64,000 nucleotides of DNA, from contig NC_091285.1 of assembly GCF_032444005.1 (NCBI RefSeq), positions 22,134,001 through 22,198,000 of the forward strand, written 5' to 3'. A program made the translations under genes and the position numbers. The notes under the pieces were generated by a model. The model worked only from the letters and a program-made list of their open reading frames with translations, was not told the origin of the DNA and did not search any database. Shown piece after piece: positions 53,401-64,000 of the stretch. Origin of the DNA: Ranitomeya imitator. Lineage: Eukaryota. How positions within the stretch are numbered: the stretch's first letter is position 1; the number at the start of each line of letters is the position of its first letter.

Positions 53401-56400
53401 AGTTACAGGAGAAATCTGCAAAAATAAAAAAAATATGTACATTTTGAAATGCCAACAAAGGTCTTTCATGACCTTATGGGGCGCACAAGGTGTGAAACAA
53501 AAAAAAAAGTCACTGCATATCTAATTCTCTGTTACTAGCCCTTCCCCCATTTTGGATAAAAAAAAACATCCGATACATAAATTATTTTAGTAGTGCTTTC
53601 TGTTCATAAAAAAATATATTAAAAAATTAGAAACAGACACGACTGTCCTTTATTTTCCTAATGATATCGATTAAAAAAAACCAATAGTGTGAAAATAACA
53701 TTTAAATTAGATCCCACGTATAATGAAAAAAATTTGATTATCCGATTGTGAAAATATTATTTTACAGCTCTTTAGACCGTATATAAGAAAAGTCAAAAAT
53801 GTGCCCAATTAGGACTAGGGGGAAATGGTCTGGTCTTGGAACTGTTTACAGAGAATCTATCAGGAGGGTAACACTGTCTGCAGAAATAGGGAAGGTGCTT
53901 GGCCGTTATACTAAAAGCATGGCTTTCGGGAGAAAATGATCTCCTGGACACCGCCGGCTTTCTGTCGCGTGAGTGGGGGCTCTAAGAAGCCCCAGCACTG
54001 TGACTTATCCAATATGTAGACAACCCACCAACTTGGGCGAGAGTGGCCGAACACGAAATGTGTATGGAGGCCTCCTGTCTGTCAGGTGATGTGAGGAGTG
54101 AGATAGATCTTTTTTGTTCGAGGTGGAGATGGAGTCTAGTAGCAGAAAACAGAATCTCTTTGAGCCTCGTGACGGTATCTTCCCAAAGTTCCTTTTGCAG
54201 AAGATAACGTTTCTGGTGGTCATAATTTTCAGCTCGCTGCTCTTTCCTTGAGGGCTCCATTCCTCGTCAATCCAACAGGACAAGATGGTCTTATGGTACA
54301 CTAAACGACTTGCCAGCGATACGACCTGGCCGTGATCGTTGGTAAGTCGTTGTGTGGTCGATGGGGAGCTGTCACACAGACTGCTCTCTCCAGCGACCAA
54401 CGATCCGGGGAAAGACTTCGGCATCGTTGAAACTGTCTTCAACGATGCCGAAGTCCCCCTGCAGCACCCGGGTAACCAGGGTAAACATCAGGTTACTAAG
54501 TGCAGGGCCGCGCTTAGTAACCCGATATTTACCCTGGTTACCATTGTAAAAGTTAAAAAAAAAAACCAGTACATACTCACATTCCGATGTCTGTCATGTC
54601 CCCCGCCGTCAGCTTCCCGCACTGACTGTCAGCGCCGGCCGTAAAGCAGAGCACAGCGGTGACGTCACCGCTGTGCTCTGCTTTACGGCCGGCGCTGACA
54701 GTCAGTGCAGGGAAGCTGACGGCGGGGGACGTGACAGACATCGGAATGTGAGTATGTACTGTTTTTTTTTTTTTTTTTTTAACTTTTACAATGGTAACCA
54801 GGGTAAATATCGGGTTACTAAGCGCGGCCCTGCGCTTAGTAACCCGATATTTACCCTGGTTACAAGTGAACACATCGCTGGATCGGCGTCTGACGCCGAT
54901 CCAGCAATGACAGCGGGTGATCAACGACCAAAAAAAGGTCCTGATCATTCCCCAACGACCAACGATCTCCCAGCAGGGGCCTGATCGTTGGTCGCTGTCA
55001 CACATAACGAGATCGTTAGCGGGATCGTTGCTACGTCACAAAAAGCGTGACGTTGCAACGATATCGTTAACAAAATCGTTATGTGTGAAGGTACCTTTAG
55101 ATCCAGTGCCATCCTTTTTTGGCTCTTCACCTCAGCAATGACATTGTCATTCCATCCGTTTGCTTGTCTCCCATTCATCCCCAGAAGCGTTCTTTCCGCC
55201 TTCTTGAACTCTGTGCTATTTTCGGCAATGAATGCCTTTTTTTGTGATTTTGTTGGACCACACAATGTGCGGTCAACCTTCAAGGCAACCATTTCCAAAT
55301 GGATCACACTGCTTGTTTGTGGAAGTCAATGAGACCAAGGGCAAACCTCCAACTTTGTGGGGCAGTCAGGCAGGGCCTCCTGGGGGAGCTTTGCAGAAGG
55401 TGGCGGAACCTTATAAAGCTTGATACAGGCTTCCTAGGGGTGAGCTTTGCAGAAGGTGGCAGGGCCTTACAGAGCCTGACACCAGCCTACTAGGGGGCAG
55501 CTTTGCAGAAGGTGGCAGGGCCTTACAAAATCTGACACATTTATCATGATTTACTATCAGTTGTACAAATTTATACCAAACTACAGCTTGCATTGATATT
55601 TTTGGCAAACGCACAGCAAGTGATAAACCAAATATATTAAAAGTCGTGTGACTCTAATGCATTTTATGCCAGCGTGCTTTTCTTCTTCGTTTTAGAAGTC
55701 GAGAAATATTATTAAATAACCTAAGACCCCAGTACATCAAAGCAAAAGAAAATACCGCCCACCGGCTGAAGAAATCCGAGTCCACTAAATCTGCTAAGAA
55801 GAATAACGAGAATCGCTACCACAAACTGGAGCAGGAGATTACGGAACTGGTGACAGAAATCAGCGCCATCCAGGAGGCACGGAGGGAATTCGAAAGGAAG
55901 GTGGAAGAGGATCATTCGAGACGACAGGTGGATGTGGAGCTGGAGCAGAGTCAGGTAATAGCAGACCGCAGAGTCGGTGTCAGAGCTGATGGTCGCATTG
56001 TGTTTTCGACCATATAAATGCATCGCAACCTCGTTCTACCTTTTTCTTTTATTGTGTGAGGTGATTGCTCGGTTTTATACTTTTACAGCTAGAAGAGTAC
56101 AAGTCATTGAAGGACACTGCAAGGAAGAAAAGCGCCGTTTTGCAACAGCATTTGGAAAAACTGCATTGGGAACAAAAAGCGAACCAAGAGAAGCTGATGA
56201 TAGGCGAAAGGAGGCAGAAGGAAATAGAAGTAAATACGTTGAAGTTGAGTCCAAGTGGTGATCTGACATTTACTGCCGTAATAAGAGGGTGATCATTCCT
56301 TCTTTTACAGGGGAATGTGAAATGTGTGGAGGATCAGGTAGAAGAATACCACAGACGCAGAGGGAAATTGTCAGATTACATTAACACGTGCATGTACGTA

Positions 56401-57321
56401 TTACATTACTAAGCATCGTGTCATAACTTGGTCAGAGCAATAAAACAGTCAAAGCTGCAATCATTGTCCTCTCAATCTTTTTTTTCTTACTGTTATTGAT
56501 CCTGGTAGTAAAACGACTGCAATATGTTTTACAGCAAATCTCTGGACGAGCACAAGAAGCAAGAGGAGAATCTCGTGCATGAAATCGAATCCGGAAAGCA
56601 GAGAATGTCTGAAGTCAACGAAGAACTGAACAGCACGGTCATCGACCTGCAGAACGCCCGAATCGATTCCCACGAAGGAAGCCGTCAGAAGAGGAAGACC
56701 GAAATCCTGGAGAGCATGAAAAGAATGTATCCTGATGCCGTGGTAAAACATGGCTGCCTACTTTCCTGAAAGCAAAATTCGCTAACCCCCATTGTGTATG
56801 GGTGTCGCAGTCTTAATTGTAACTTTTTACTTTGCAGTACGGGAAATTATTCGAACTGTGTAACCCAATCCACAAAAAATATCAGCTCGCTGTTACCAAA
56901 GTGTTCGGCAAATACATGTACGCCATCGTCGTGTCTGCCGAGAAGGTGGCAAGAGACTGCATCAAGTTTCTGAAAGAGGAGAGGGCAGAGCCAGAGACCT
57001 TCCTTTCTTTGGACTACCTGGAAGTAAGTTTTAATTTTGCATAAAATAACCCGGTAACAGGTATTATAGTATCAGCGATAGAAACAATGTCCTTTCGTCA
57101 TCTATCTACAGATAAAGCCGATAAACGAAAAGCTAAGAGAAATAAAAGGTGCAAAAATGATGATTGATGTGGTGCAGTGCTCCAGCCCCTCATTAAAAAA
57201 AGTGATTCAGTTTGTATGCGGCAACGGACTGGTATGTGAGACGGTAAAAGAAGCAAAACACATTGCGTTTGATGGACCTCAAAGGCACAAAGTAAGTTAT
57301 CGATTCATTGCTTAGAAAGAA

Positions 57322-57352
<31 letters not shown>

Positions 57353-60300
57353 AAGGTGATATCCAGCCATCCTGTCTGACCTCATCTGGGCTTGGAGAGT
57401 CGAAAGTGCACTCCCATCATTCGCAGGGTGGTGGATGATCACCGTGCAGTCGTCTCTCCACATCAAGTGTCAAATCATATAGAGGAGATTTTGCCTAGAA
57501 AATCCATTTAATTCCAAGTATTTAACTTTTTAGTGTCAGCAGCGGAAATGTACAGCATTAATGCCGGATATGTATAACAAGTACTAGATAAGCGGAGAGA
57601 GATGTGTCCACCGCGTCTGCTAGCGGCTTGACACATCTCTCTCCGCTTATCTAGTACTTGTTATACATATCCGGCATTAACTTAAGACGCTGCTCCTTTA
57701 GTGCCCCGTGACCGTATGGTCTCATATTCTATACACTAGTACGTTTACTGATGAAGGTCCGTTATGCAGGACCGAAACGTTTGGGTACTACTACAATAAA
57801 TTACGCACTAAAAGCATCCAGTTGAGTGCTAGGTTCTTTTATCATACTGTAGTGGGGTAAGAACTGGTGAAAAAGAGTAAAAGTGAGTGTATATATATAT
57901 ATTATATATTATTATACTAGATGGTGGCCCGATTCTAACGCATCGGGTATTCTAGAATGTGCATGTCCACGTAGTATATTGCCCAGCGACGTAGTACATT
58001 GCCCAGCGACGTAGTATACAGCACAGGGCCACGTAGTATATTGCCCAGCCACGTAGTATATTGCCCAGTGATGTAGTATATTGCACGGTCACATAGTATA
58101 TTGCCCAGCGACCTAGTATACAGCACAGAGCCACGTAGTATATTGGCCAGTTACATAGTATATTGCCCAGTGACGTAGTATATTGCCCAGCCATGTAGTA
58201 TACAGCACAGAGCATATTGCCCAGCCACATAGTATATTGCCCAGCTACGTAGTATATTGCCCAGTTACGTAGTATATTGCCCAGCCACGTATATCACAGG
58301 TTACAAAATAAACATACTCACCTTCCGATCCAAGGGCCCCTTGTAGTTCTGTCGGCAGCTTCCGGTCCCAGGGTGTGATGACGTCGCGGTCACATGACCA
58401 TGACGTCATGGCAGGTCCTTCTCGCGCAGGCACGCAGGACCTGTGATGACGTCGCGGTCACATGCATAGGCAGCATCAATTGTAAAAACTTGGTCACACA
58501 GGGTTAATAGCGGCGGTAACGGAGTGAGTTACCCATGGCATAACGCGGTCTGTTACCGCCGGCATTAACCCTGTGTGAGCGGTGACCGGAGGGGAGTATG
58601 TGGGCGCCGACTGCGGGGGAGTAAGGAGTGGCCATTTTCTTCCAGTCTGTGCCCGTCGCTGATTGGTCGTGGCTGTTTTGCCGCGACCAATCAGCGATTT
58701 GGATTTCCTTGACAGACAGAGGCCGCGACCAATGAATATCCGTGACAGACAGACGGAAGTGACCCTTAGACAATTATATAGTAGATATGTATGACCCCCT
58801 AATCACCATCCTTGTATGCGTGGCCCCCATCCTGGTATACATTTTGTCCCCTCATCCCCATCCTGGTCTCTATCGTATAAATACTTATTTATTTGGAAAA
58901 AAACGGGGCCTAAATAGCCTTTTTTCTCTGTCACTCCCATGTTCTAAAAGATACAGATTTAATAAGAACTTTATATTAAAGGTACCCAATCAACTTCATT
59001 TGTTGAACTAGTGACCAGGGATCCCTGTTTCCTCAATTTCCTGTTTTTCCTCTTTGTCATGTATTGATATGAAATAATCCCCAAAATCACAAAAGAAGAG
59101 AAAGCTTTAACTGCAGTTTCATGTATGTGGTGTTTATCTTTCCAGACCGTTTCTCTGGATGGAACTTTATTCATGAAATCCGGGGTTATTTCCGGAGGTT
59201 CAAGCGATTTGCGATTTAAAGCAAAACGCTGGGACGATAAAGAGATAAATGAGTTAAAAGAGAAGAAAGATTGCCTGATGAGTGAGTTGAAGGTAAGTGC
59301 ATTGTGGTATGAAGTTTTTCCTCCTATTGTCTCTTTATTGTTTTGATTGTTTGTTTTTTAACTTAGGAACTAATGAAGATAAAGAGGAAGGAGAGCGACC
59401 TAAAACAGCTTCAGGCCCAGTTACAGGGAACGCAGACTCGTCTTAAGTATTCCCAAAGCGAGCTCGAAGTCATCATGAAGAAACAACTCGTGAACTGCTT
59501 TGCAGTAATAAAACACTATTACAAGTTTCATCTTCTTTTGTGTATAATAACGATAAAGTATTTTTTTCTTGCTGTGTTTATTGGGGGGGGGGGGGGACAG
59601 AAGACCATGGGTGACTATTGCTACCATGCAGCTGCGGGCAAATGTTAGCTCCTTCTCTACAAGCTATAACACTCCTACAGCCACTGAACTAATAAGCGTG
59701 TTCACAAGAAAGAAGGAGAAGCCAAGTGATGGTTGTTGATGGTTGGAACTGAAAAAAAGCCATGCAGATGAAGAAATTCTGTTTCCTCTTCTGTATAGTT
59801 GGAAGACTAAGGGTTTTCCTAAAAGCAGAGTCTGGGGACAGATAAGCCAACCAGCTCTCTGCTGCGTGAGAACATTGCGACTAAGAGAAGCAACCAAAGC
59901 TCAACGTGTTCCTTGAAGAGTAGACGCCCACCCAAAGCAGCTCCTACCTGAGGAGCAGACACTTCTGTTGCATCATCCTCCATAGAAAATGTGCAAGAAC
60001 TTGCTTTCGCAAAAATTGCTTTACAAATCCTGATCTGTTAAACGATTGGAGCTTTAGACGCCCTCTAGGTGACGAAAAGAGAGCCTAAGCGGTGAAGCAA
60101 GGGTGTTTCAGGCATCCAGATTAAGCAAAAGGCATTTTCTTGGATGGGAAGGAGATGGGGAAAAACATGACTTCTTCATAAGGACTGAAGGTATAGGGGG
60201 AAAGCTCTACATGGAGAGTGGCAGTGACAAAAAATGGTGACTACAAACCTGGATGTTGTAAAATAGCCACCCAAAAGAAGCCGTAAAGAGGCAAATACAT

Positions 60301-62352
60301 GGCCATGGTAGAGTGCCTCTTCTTGGGAGAAAACTGGTTTGTTTGATAAATGTTAATAAAAGAAGACTGGGGAAGGTCATTCCTTACTCCACGTGGAAAT
60401 TTAGGATACCAATGTGGAGAGATGTTTTTGTACTTGAAAATGGGCAATTCTAAATTTTGGTGGAAGACTAAGGCAATTCTAGCAATCAACATCAATTTGC
60501 AGAGCCAAAAGATCCCATATCTGGGCCTCTTACTGGGAAAGTTGGGATTGAAATGCAATCGAAACCTAAGTCTAGGTTCTCCACCAGATGCAAGACTGAT
60601 AAATTAAGGAACTTCTCTCTTGAATTCTGACTGTTTCTCCTGAGGGAGTCTGATATCAATTTGTTCACTACCAAGATATGGACCCCGGGAAGAGCCCCAC
60701 TATGGAAGGCGACTTATCTGGTTGACACATCGATGCTGAACTGTGGGTCCCAACTTTGATGGTTCACAACTCCTTTGGCCGAGTGGCTCCAGATATGATG
60801 TCCGTCTCATAGTGGAGACAAAGAATTCGTCCATGGATTCAGAATATTGGTTGGAAATACCTGTACAAGAGTATAAAAGACAGCAAAGCAGAACAGGATT
60901 CAGAGTCTTCATTGGAGTGCGTGATGTATAGTCAAAAGGAAGGGGGCGGGTGTGAAAAATAGAGCAAGGGACGTGCTGTGCTTGGGAAGAAGGACCTGGT
61001 CTAACGTAGCAGAGGATACCATTGCCAAGAAGGTTATTTGGGTTGATAAGAAGAAAAAGACTTAAGATGATTAGAAGGTTGAAAAGACTTTCAGAATAAG
61101 AAAGAACGATCAAGTCGACCAAGTATAATGACAGCAATGGCGCAGACTTCCCTTTGGCAATATGTCATGTCCTAGAGGACATGAGCATTCTTCAGGCTCA
61201 AGGAAAGATCCATAAAGTGATGAACTTCAAAGACACTGATGGAACTGGCTTATTGGGATGTGGCATCCTTGTTCTCCAAAGAGGAAGAAAGTTGTAATGC
61301 TTTCCAGAAGTGATCACTATACCACAAGAACTTAAAACAAGATCAATGCATATTGGTATCCTGATGGGGGAAGGTTTAATCGCAAAGGTGAAAAAGGCTG
61401 CAAAATACTGTCAAAAAGAGGTTTCAGGAAAGCCAGGATCTGTATTTGAAACTGACCCATGTCACAAGGAGTGGGCTCAGCCAGTAAAGTAAGGATATTT
61501 TCCAGGAGATCAATCGATGGAGGGAATTCGAGCACCACAACGGAGGACTCTGACCACCTGTGAGGGAGATTTGGTAAGAGAAGAGACCTTGTTGAAGGCC
61601 TCCATAGTGTTGGGAGAGTAATCATTCTCCAGATGAATTCCCAAGGAATGAAGATGGCAGAGGACCCATGGTATTGGCATGGTGCTATACTCACTATAGC
61701 TATCGTATGCAATCTTCATGTTCTTTTCTTTGGTGTCCCCGGAGTCCTAGTCTACACACCATTGGTGAGACATACTCCCCTCAGTTGATCTGACAGTAGA
61801 GATGCAAAACCTCTTTTTGTTTACAAGGCTTGTCATACCTTTTTTAGTTCCAGATTTTCTTTTTTATATATCTATATATTTTAATTTTTCCTCACATTCT
61901 AACAATCTTCCTATGCAGGAAAGATCCAGGCTAGAAAGTGAGTTCTCCAACATGGCATCTCAGGTCACAATGGAAAAGGAGGAGATCGAAAGGAGAAGAA
62001 TCGAAATAGAGGAAATTCAAGAACAAATGAATAAGGTGTGCCACGTAATGTTTATATAAGTATCTGTATGAGGACATGCTTGGTTTTACCTTGTTTGCGG
62101 AGGCTCTTCAGGAAGGACAACATGGGCTCTCTCTATACAGAGGGGAGCACTGGAGGGAACATTTTGGATCAAATATGTATGTACAAGCTATATACATTTT
62201 CATAATGTGAATGTTGTACGTTCCTATTAACTTTTTTTTGTTAAGGTGGAGGATACAGTGTTCAGAACTTTCTGTGAAGAGATTGGTGTGTCTAACATTC
62301 GGGATTATGAGGAGGAATATTTAAAACAGCATCAAGAAACTGATAAGAAGAG
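46709..62352 (+). CDS. SMC1B: Structural maintenance of chromosomes 1B (meiotic cohesin subunit), exons 1-15; 3' part lies beyond the window
   Basis: 15 GT-AG exons of 109, 189, 113, 204, 239, 259, 141, 83, 208, 186, 180, 147, 138, 117 and 107 nt (2420 nt) are in frame. Walker A is GPNGSGKSN and a hinge region is present ([32 protein letters not shown]). [28 protein letters not shown] and [13 protein letters not shown] are SMC1B-type rather than SMC1A-type. Confidence 0.95.
47559..48878. mobile_element. pogo/Tigger-like non-autonomous DNA transposon in SMC1B intron 1
   Basis: TIR CGTATTTTTTGGACTATAAGA...TCTTATAGTCCAAAAAATGCAG|TA, internal inverted repeats, and a 38-bp tandem repeat. Confidence 0.75.
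49482..49670 (+). CDS. SMC1B: SMC1B exon 2
   Basis: attcag|[22 protein letters not shown]...TFSRIIA+G|gtaggg. Confidence 0.95.
49785..50540. mobile_element. piggyBac-like MITE remnant with a nested L2-type 3' tail (~50262-50378)
   Basis: TTAACCCCT at the left and AGGGGTTAA at the right. The inner tail reads GATTGTGAGCCC...TGTAAAGCGCTGCGGAATATGTTAGCGCTATATAAAAATAAAG(ATT)n. Confidence 0.6.
50610..50722 (+). CDS. SMC1B: SMC1B exon 3
   Basis: ttctag|NSSDYCLN...[17 protein letters not shown]|gtaagg. Confidence 0.95.
50802..51005 (+). CDS. SMC1B: SMC1B exon 4
   Basis: gtcag|[22 protein letters not shown]...AKLEKEE|gtgggt. Confidence 0.95.
51503..52020. mobile_element. T2/Kolobok-type MITE in SMC1B intron 4
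   Basis: TIR GGCCCCTTTCACACATCAGTTTTTTGCC / GGCAAAAAACTGATGTGTGAAAGGGGCC with TTAA-like flanks. Confidence 0.8.
52118..52356 (+). CDS. SMC1B: SMC1B exon 5
   Basis: ccgcag|[10 protein letters not shown]...[10 protein letters not shown]...IEKEI+AA|gtaagt. Confidence 0.93.
52810..53384. mobile_element. T2/Kolobok-type MITE with ~75-bp near-perfect TIRs in SMC1B intron 5
   Basis: AGGGAATCTGTCACCCCCAAAATCGAGG... / ...CCTCGATTTTGGGGGTGACAGATTCCCT|TTAA. Confidence 0.85.
54293..55096. mobile_element. Foldback MITE with a central palindrome in SMC1B intron 5
   Basis: Right end TTATGTGTGAAGGTACCTT, degenerate left end, and ~200-bp inverted arms around 54663/54664. Confidence 0.75.
55696..55954 (+). 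CDS. SMC1B: SMC1B exon 6
   Basis: ttttag|..[13 protein letters not shown]...DVELEQSQ|gtaata. Confidence 0.93.
56089..56229 (+). CDS. SMC1B: SMC1B exon 7
   Basis: ttacag|LEEYKSLK...[10 protein letters not shown]...QKEIE|gtaaat. Confidence 0.93.
56311..56393 (+). CDS. SMC1B: SMC1B exon 8
   Basis: ttacag|[27 protein letters not shown]+AT|gtacgt. Confidence 0.9.
56535..56742 (+). CDS. SMC1B: SMC1B exon 9
   Basis: ttacag|..[32 protein letters not shown]|gtaaaa. Confidence 0.93.
56838..57023 (+). CDS. SMC1B: SMC1B exon 10 (hinge)
   Basis: ttgcag|[24 protein letters not shown]...[11 protein letters not shown]|gtaagt. Confidence 0.95.
57112..57291 (+). CDS. SMC1B: SMC1B exon 11 (hinge)
   Basis: ctacag|[13 protein letters not shown]...[10 protein letters not shown]...GPQRHK|gtaagt. 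Confidence 0.95.
57737..57790 (+). ncRNA. Minimal type I hammerhead ribozyme motif (Penelope-like element type)
   Basis: CTGATGA (57748-54), stem II GGTCC-gttatgca-GGACC, GAAA, palindromic ACGT helix III, then H=T(57781). Stem I is TAGTAC/GTACTA plus A-U and U.G pairs. AATAAA follows at 57795. Confidence 0.65.
57916..58786 (+). mobile_element. Second Helitron/Helentron (DINE-like) non-autonomous element in SMC1B intron 11
   Basis: 5' ACTAGATGGTGG-CCCGATTCTAACGCATCGGG hairpin, internal ACGTAGTATATTGCCCAG repeats, and 3' TTATATAGTAGAT. Confidence 0.6.
59146..59292 (+). CDS. SMC1B: SMC1B exon 12
   Basis: ttccag|[33 protein letters not shown]...SELK|gtaagt. Confidence 0.95.
59367..59504 (+). 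CDS. SMC1B: SMC1B exon 13
   Basis: cttag|[14 protein letters not shown]...[14 protein letters not shown]...NCFA|gtaata. Confidence 0.92.
59680..61750 (-). mobile_element. Highly decayed retroelement remnant, possibly DIRS-like, in SMC1B intron 13
   Basis: Minus-strand GGRLLF near 59930 recalls the VGGRL start of DIRS1 pol. No long ORF; boundaries are uncertain. Confidence 0.25.
61919..62035 (+). CDS. SMC1B: SMC1B exon 14
   Basis: atgcag|[11 protein letters not shown]...IQEQMNK|gtgtgc. Confidence 0.9.
62246..62352 (+). CDS. SMC1B: SMC1B exon 15
   Basis: gttaag|[24 protein letters not shown]...DKK+AG|gtattt (AAG acceptor). Confidence 0.92.
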
Positions 62353-63777
62353 GTATTTTTTTTTTTTAAAAATTATATATTAGCACCTTAAAGTGGTTCA
62401 TGTAGGACTTGGTCATCGATCACCTGACCTTAGGACAGATCTCCACTATCAGTTCGACACCTTGTACACCCATCGATAAGCTGTTTTAGGTCTCCCCACG
62501 GGCTGGTGGATGTATATTGTGTAGGTGCCGGTCTCTAGTCTTTGATGCTTGGATCACGTACAATAGAAGCTGAGTTGCATACACAAGAGCGGCCATTATT
62601 CTGTTACAGAGCCGTGATGTCCCCGCTCTTTAACATTGTGTACTTGTTAACTGTGTGGGGTACTGAGTGTCCGACGCACACAATCTCAAGGTTAAGTGAT
62701 TGATATTGTGGTCACAAATAAGTGGTCATACACATTATAAGAAAGTTGTCCTCACCCCACTGATTTTGGCGGTATTAGCTCACCATCTAATGTATTAAGG
62801 TGTCTCTGCACTTACCATTTTCTTCATAGTTGGAAAGAAGGATCGGTCATGTTGGATTTCAGTATGCCTGATCCTTCAACATACAGAGTTCATGCCCATT
62901 TGGAGTATTGGTGTCAGACGAACATTTTGCCACCAACTAAGATGCATGGCTTTCCTTAGTTGCAGTTGATGCAAGGCAAACCAAATCTCCGCCATCTGTA
63001 TCATGTATTTAATTTTTCTTCTGTCAACCTCCATGACCGCACCTTAGGAGGGGGTTGAAGGATCGGAAATATGAAGAGGTTATAGTCTGCCCCCAACCTC
63101 CTCCATCTCTTTTTTCCCTGTCCCTTTGGGGCATAGAGAGGTAAGCTATCGAAGCTCAAAGCTGATGACTGAGTGTTAGTAGTGTTGTCTTATACTCACA
63201 TGGCAGCTGAGGGCCATCACCCAGCCTTCTTCCTCATCAAGCTGCTCCTGTCTCCTCTGGATTCAGAACCTACCATCTTTCAATTAGTATTTAGCTTTTG
63301 GCTTCGGACCACCAAGATTGCTGAGTCAGAGCCGCCTCCTCCCCTCCCCCTGAGATATTGGTGCCGCACAACCTGGACAACGCACAACGCTGCGGTCAAG
63401 TGACTTCTTGGGCCAAAATCGCGTTTGAGCTGGGCAAGATGATGTAGTTTTCGATTGTGTGGGAGGATTGCATTTCGAGCGTTTGAGCTCTGTTGGCAGT
63501 AATAGCGCTCATGGTTTTTATTTTCTGACCTGCTTATTGCCTGGAGGTCTGGTTTGGTCAGAAGGAGACTCATAATCACTGATTGTATGAACGCACGCTA
63601 AGTCCTGGAGGCTGTCTCTTAAGCTTCCCCCGACTGAAGAAGAAACCCTTCAAAGAAAGGTAGGACTGATTGTTGAGGTATAGCTCCATCATACCTAAAC
63701 TTGAGGGCACGTCATCCCACACTGATCTGCAGGCTTCAGCGCGAATTCCCGGCTCAGTAAGTGCAACTTTTCTTTAT

Positions 63778-64000
63778 TAACCCCTTCCCGACCTGTGACG
63801 CCACGTAGGCATCATGAAAGTCGGTGCCAATCAGACCAATGACGCCTATGTGGCGTCATGGCAGGATCGCGTTCCTGCAGATCGGGTGAAAGGGTTAACT
63901 GAAATTTCACCCGACTGCAGGGACAGGGGGAGTGGTAGTTCAGCCCAGGGGGGGTGGCTTCGCCCCCTAAACCCCCCACCCCCACCCCGTGGCTACGATC
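63778..64000. mobile_element. Start of a piggyBac-like TTAA MITE, running off the window
   Basis: TTAACCCCTTCCCGAC start mirrors the GTCGGGAAGGGGTTAA end at ~50540. Confidence 0.55.

Noticed and set aside
53982-55307. Minus-strand ORFs on either side of the 54.3-55.1 kb MITE
   Set aside because: Rejoining the flanks does not give a continuous frame, and I recognise no family.
35555-62352. Alternative assignment as the paralogous SMC1A/RIBC1 pair
   Set aside because: Head and hinge residues ([37 protein letters not shown]) fit SMC1B. SMC1A has FKSYKG, AIIGP and ILIKARNFLVFQ.

Overview
Vertebrate genomic DNA, most likely a frog (inferred from the repeat content and gene order). It is intron-rich and dense in repeats. 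Two genes lie head-to-head around a CpG-rich promoter of under 200 bp at ~46.6 kb. RIBC2 (minus strand, 7 coding exons, 46567/46534 to 35555) is complete. SMC1B (plus strand, meiotic cohesin) has exons 1-15 from 46709 to 62352 and continues past the window. An isolated signal-peptide exon at 10027-9970 (minus) is a candidate first coding exon of FBLN1, the expected syntenic neighbour. The rest is transposons and tandem arrays: four Tc1-like copies, a young 5'-truncated L2 LINE, a solo LTR, two Helentron/DINE-like elements, several MITEs, a tRNA-derived SINE fragment, and arrays of 27, 29, ~31, 86 and 90/93 bp. The most interesting items are a sense-strand minimal hammerhead ribozyme motif (Penelope type) next to a perfect 51-bp stem in SMC1B intron 11, a promoter packing RFX/ETS/NRF1/CRE/E2F6-type sites, and five consensus 5' splice sites carried by a transposon in SMC1B intron 1. 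Everything was read by eye, with no database searches. I found no clearly new biological system; the findings below are testable leads.
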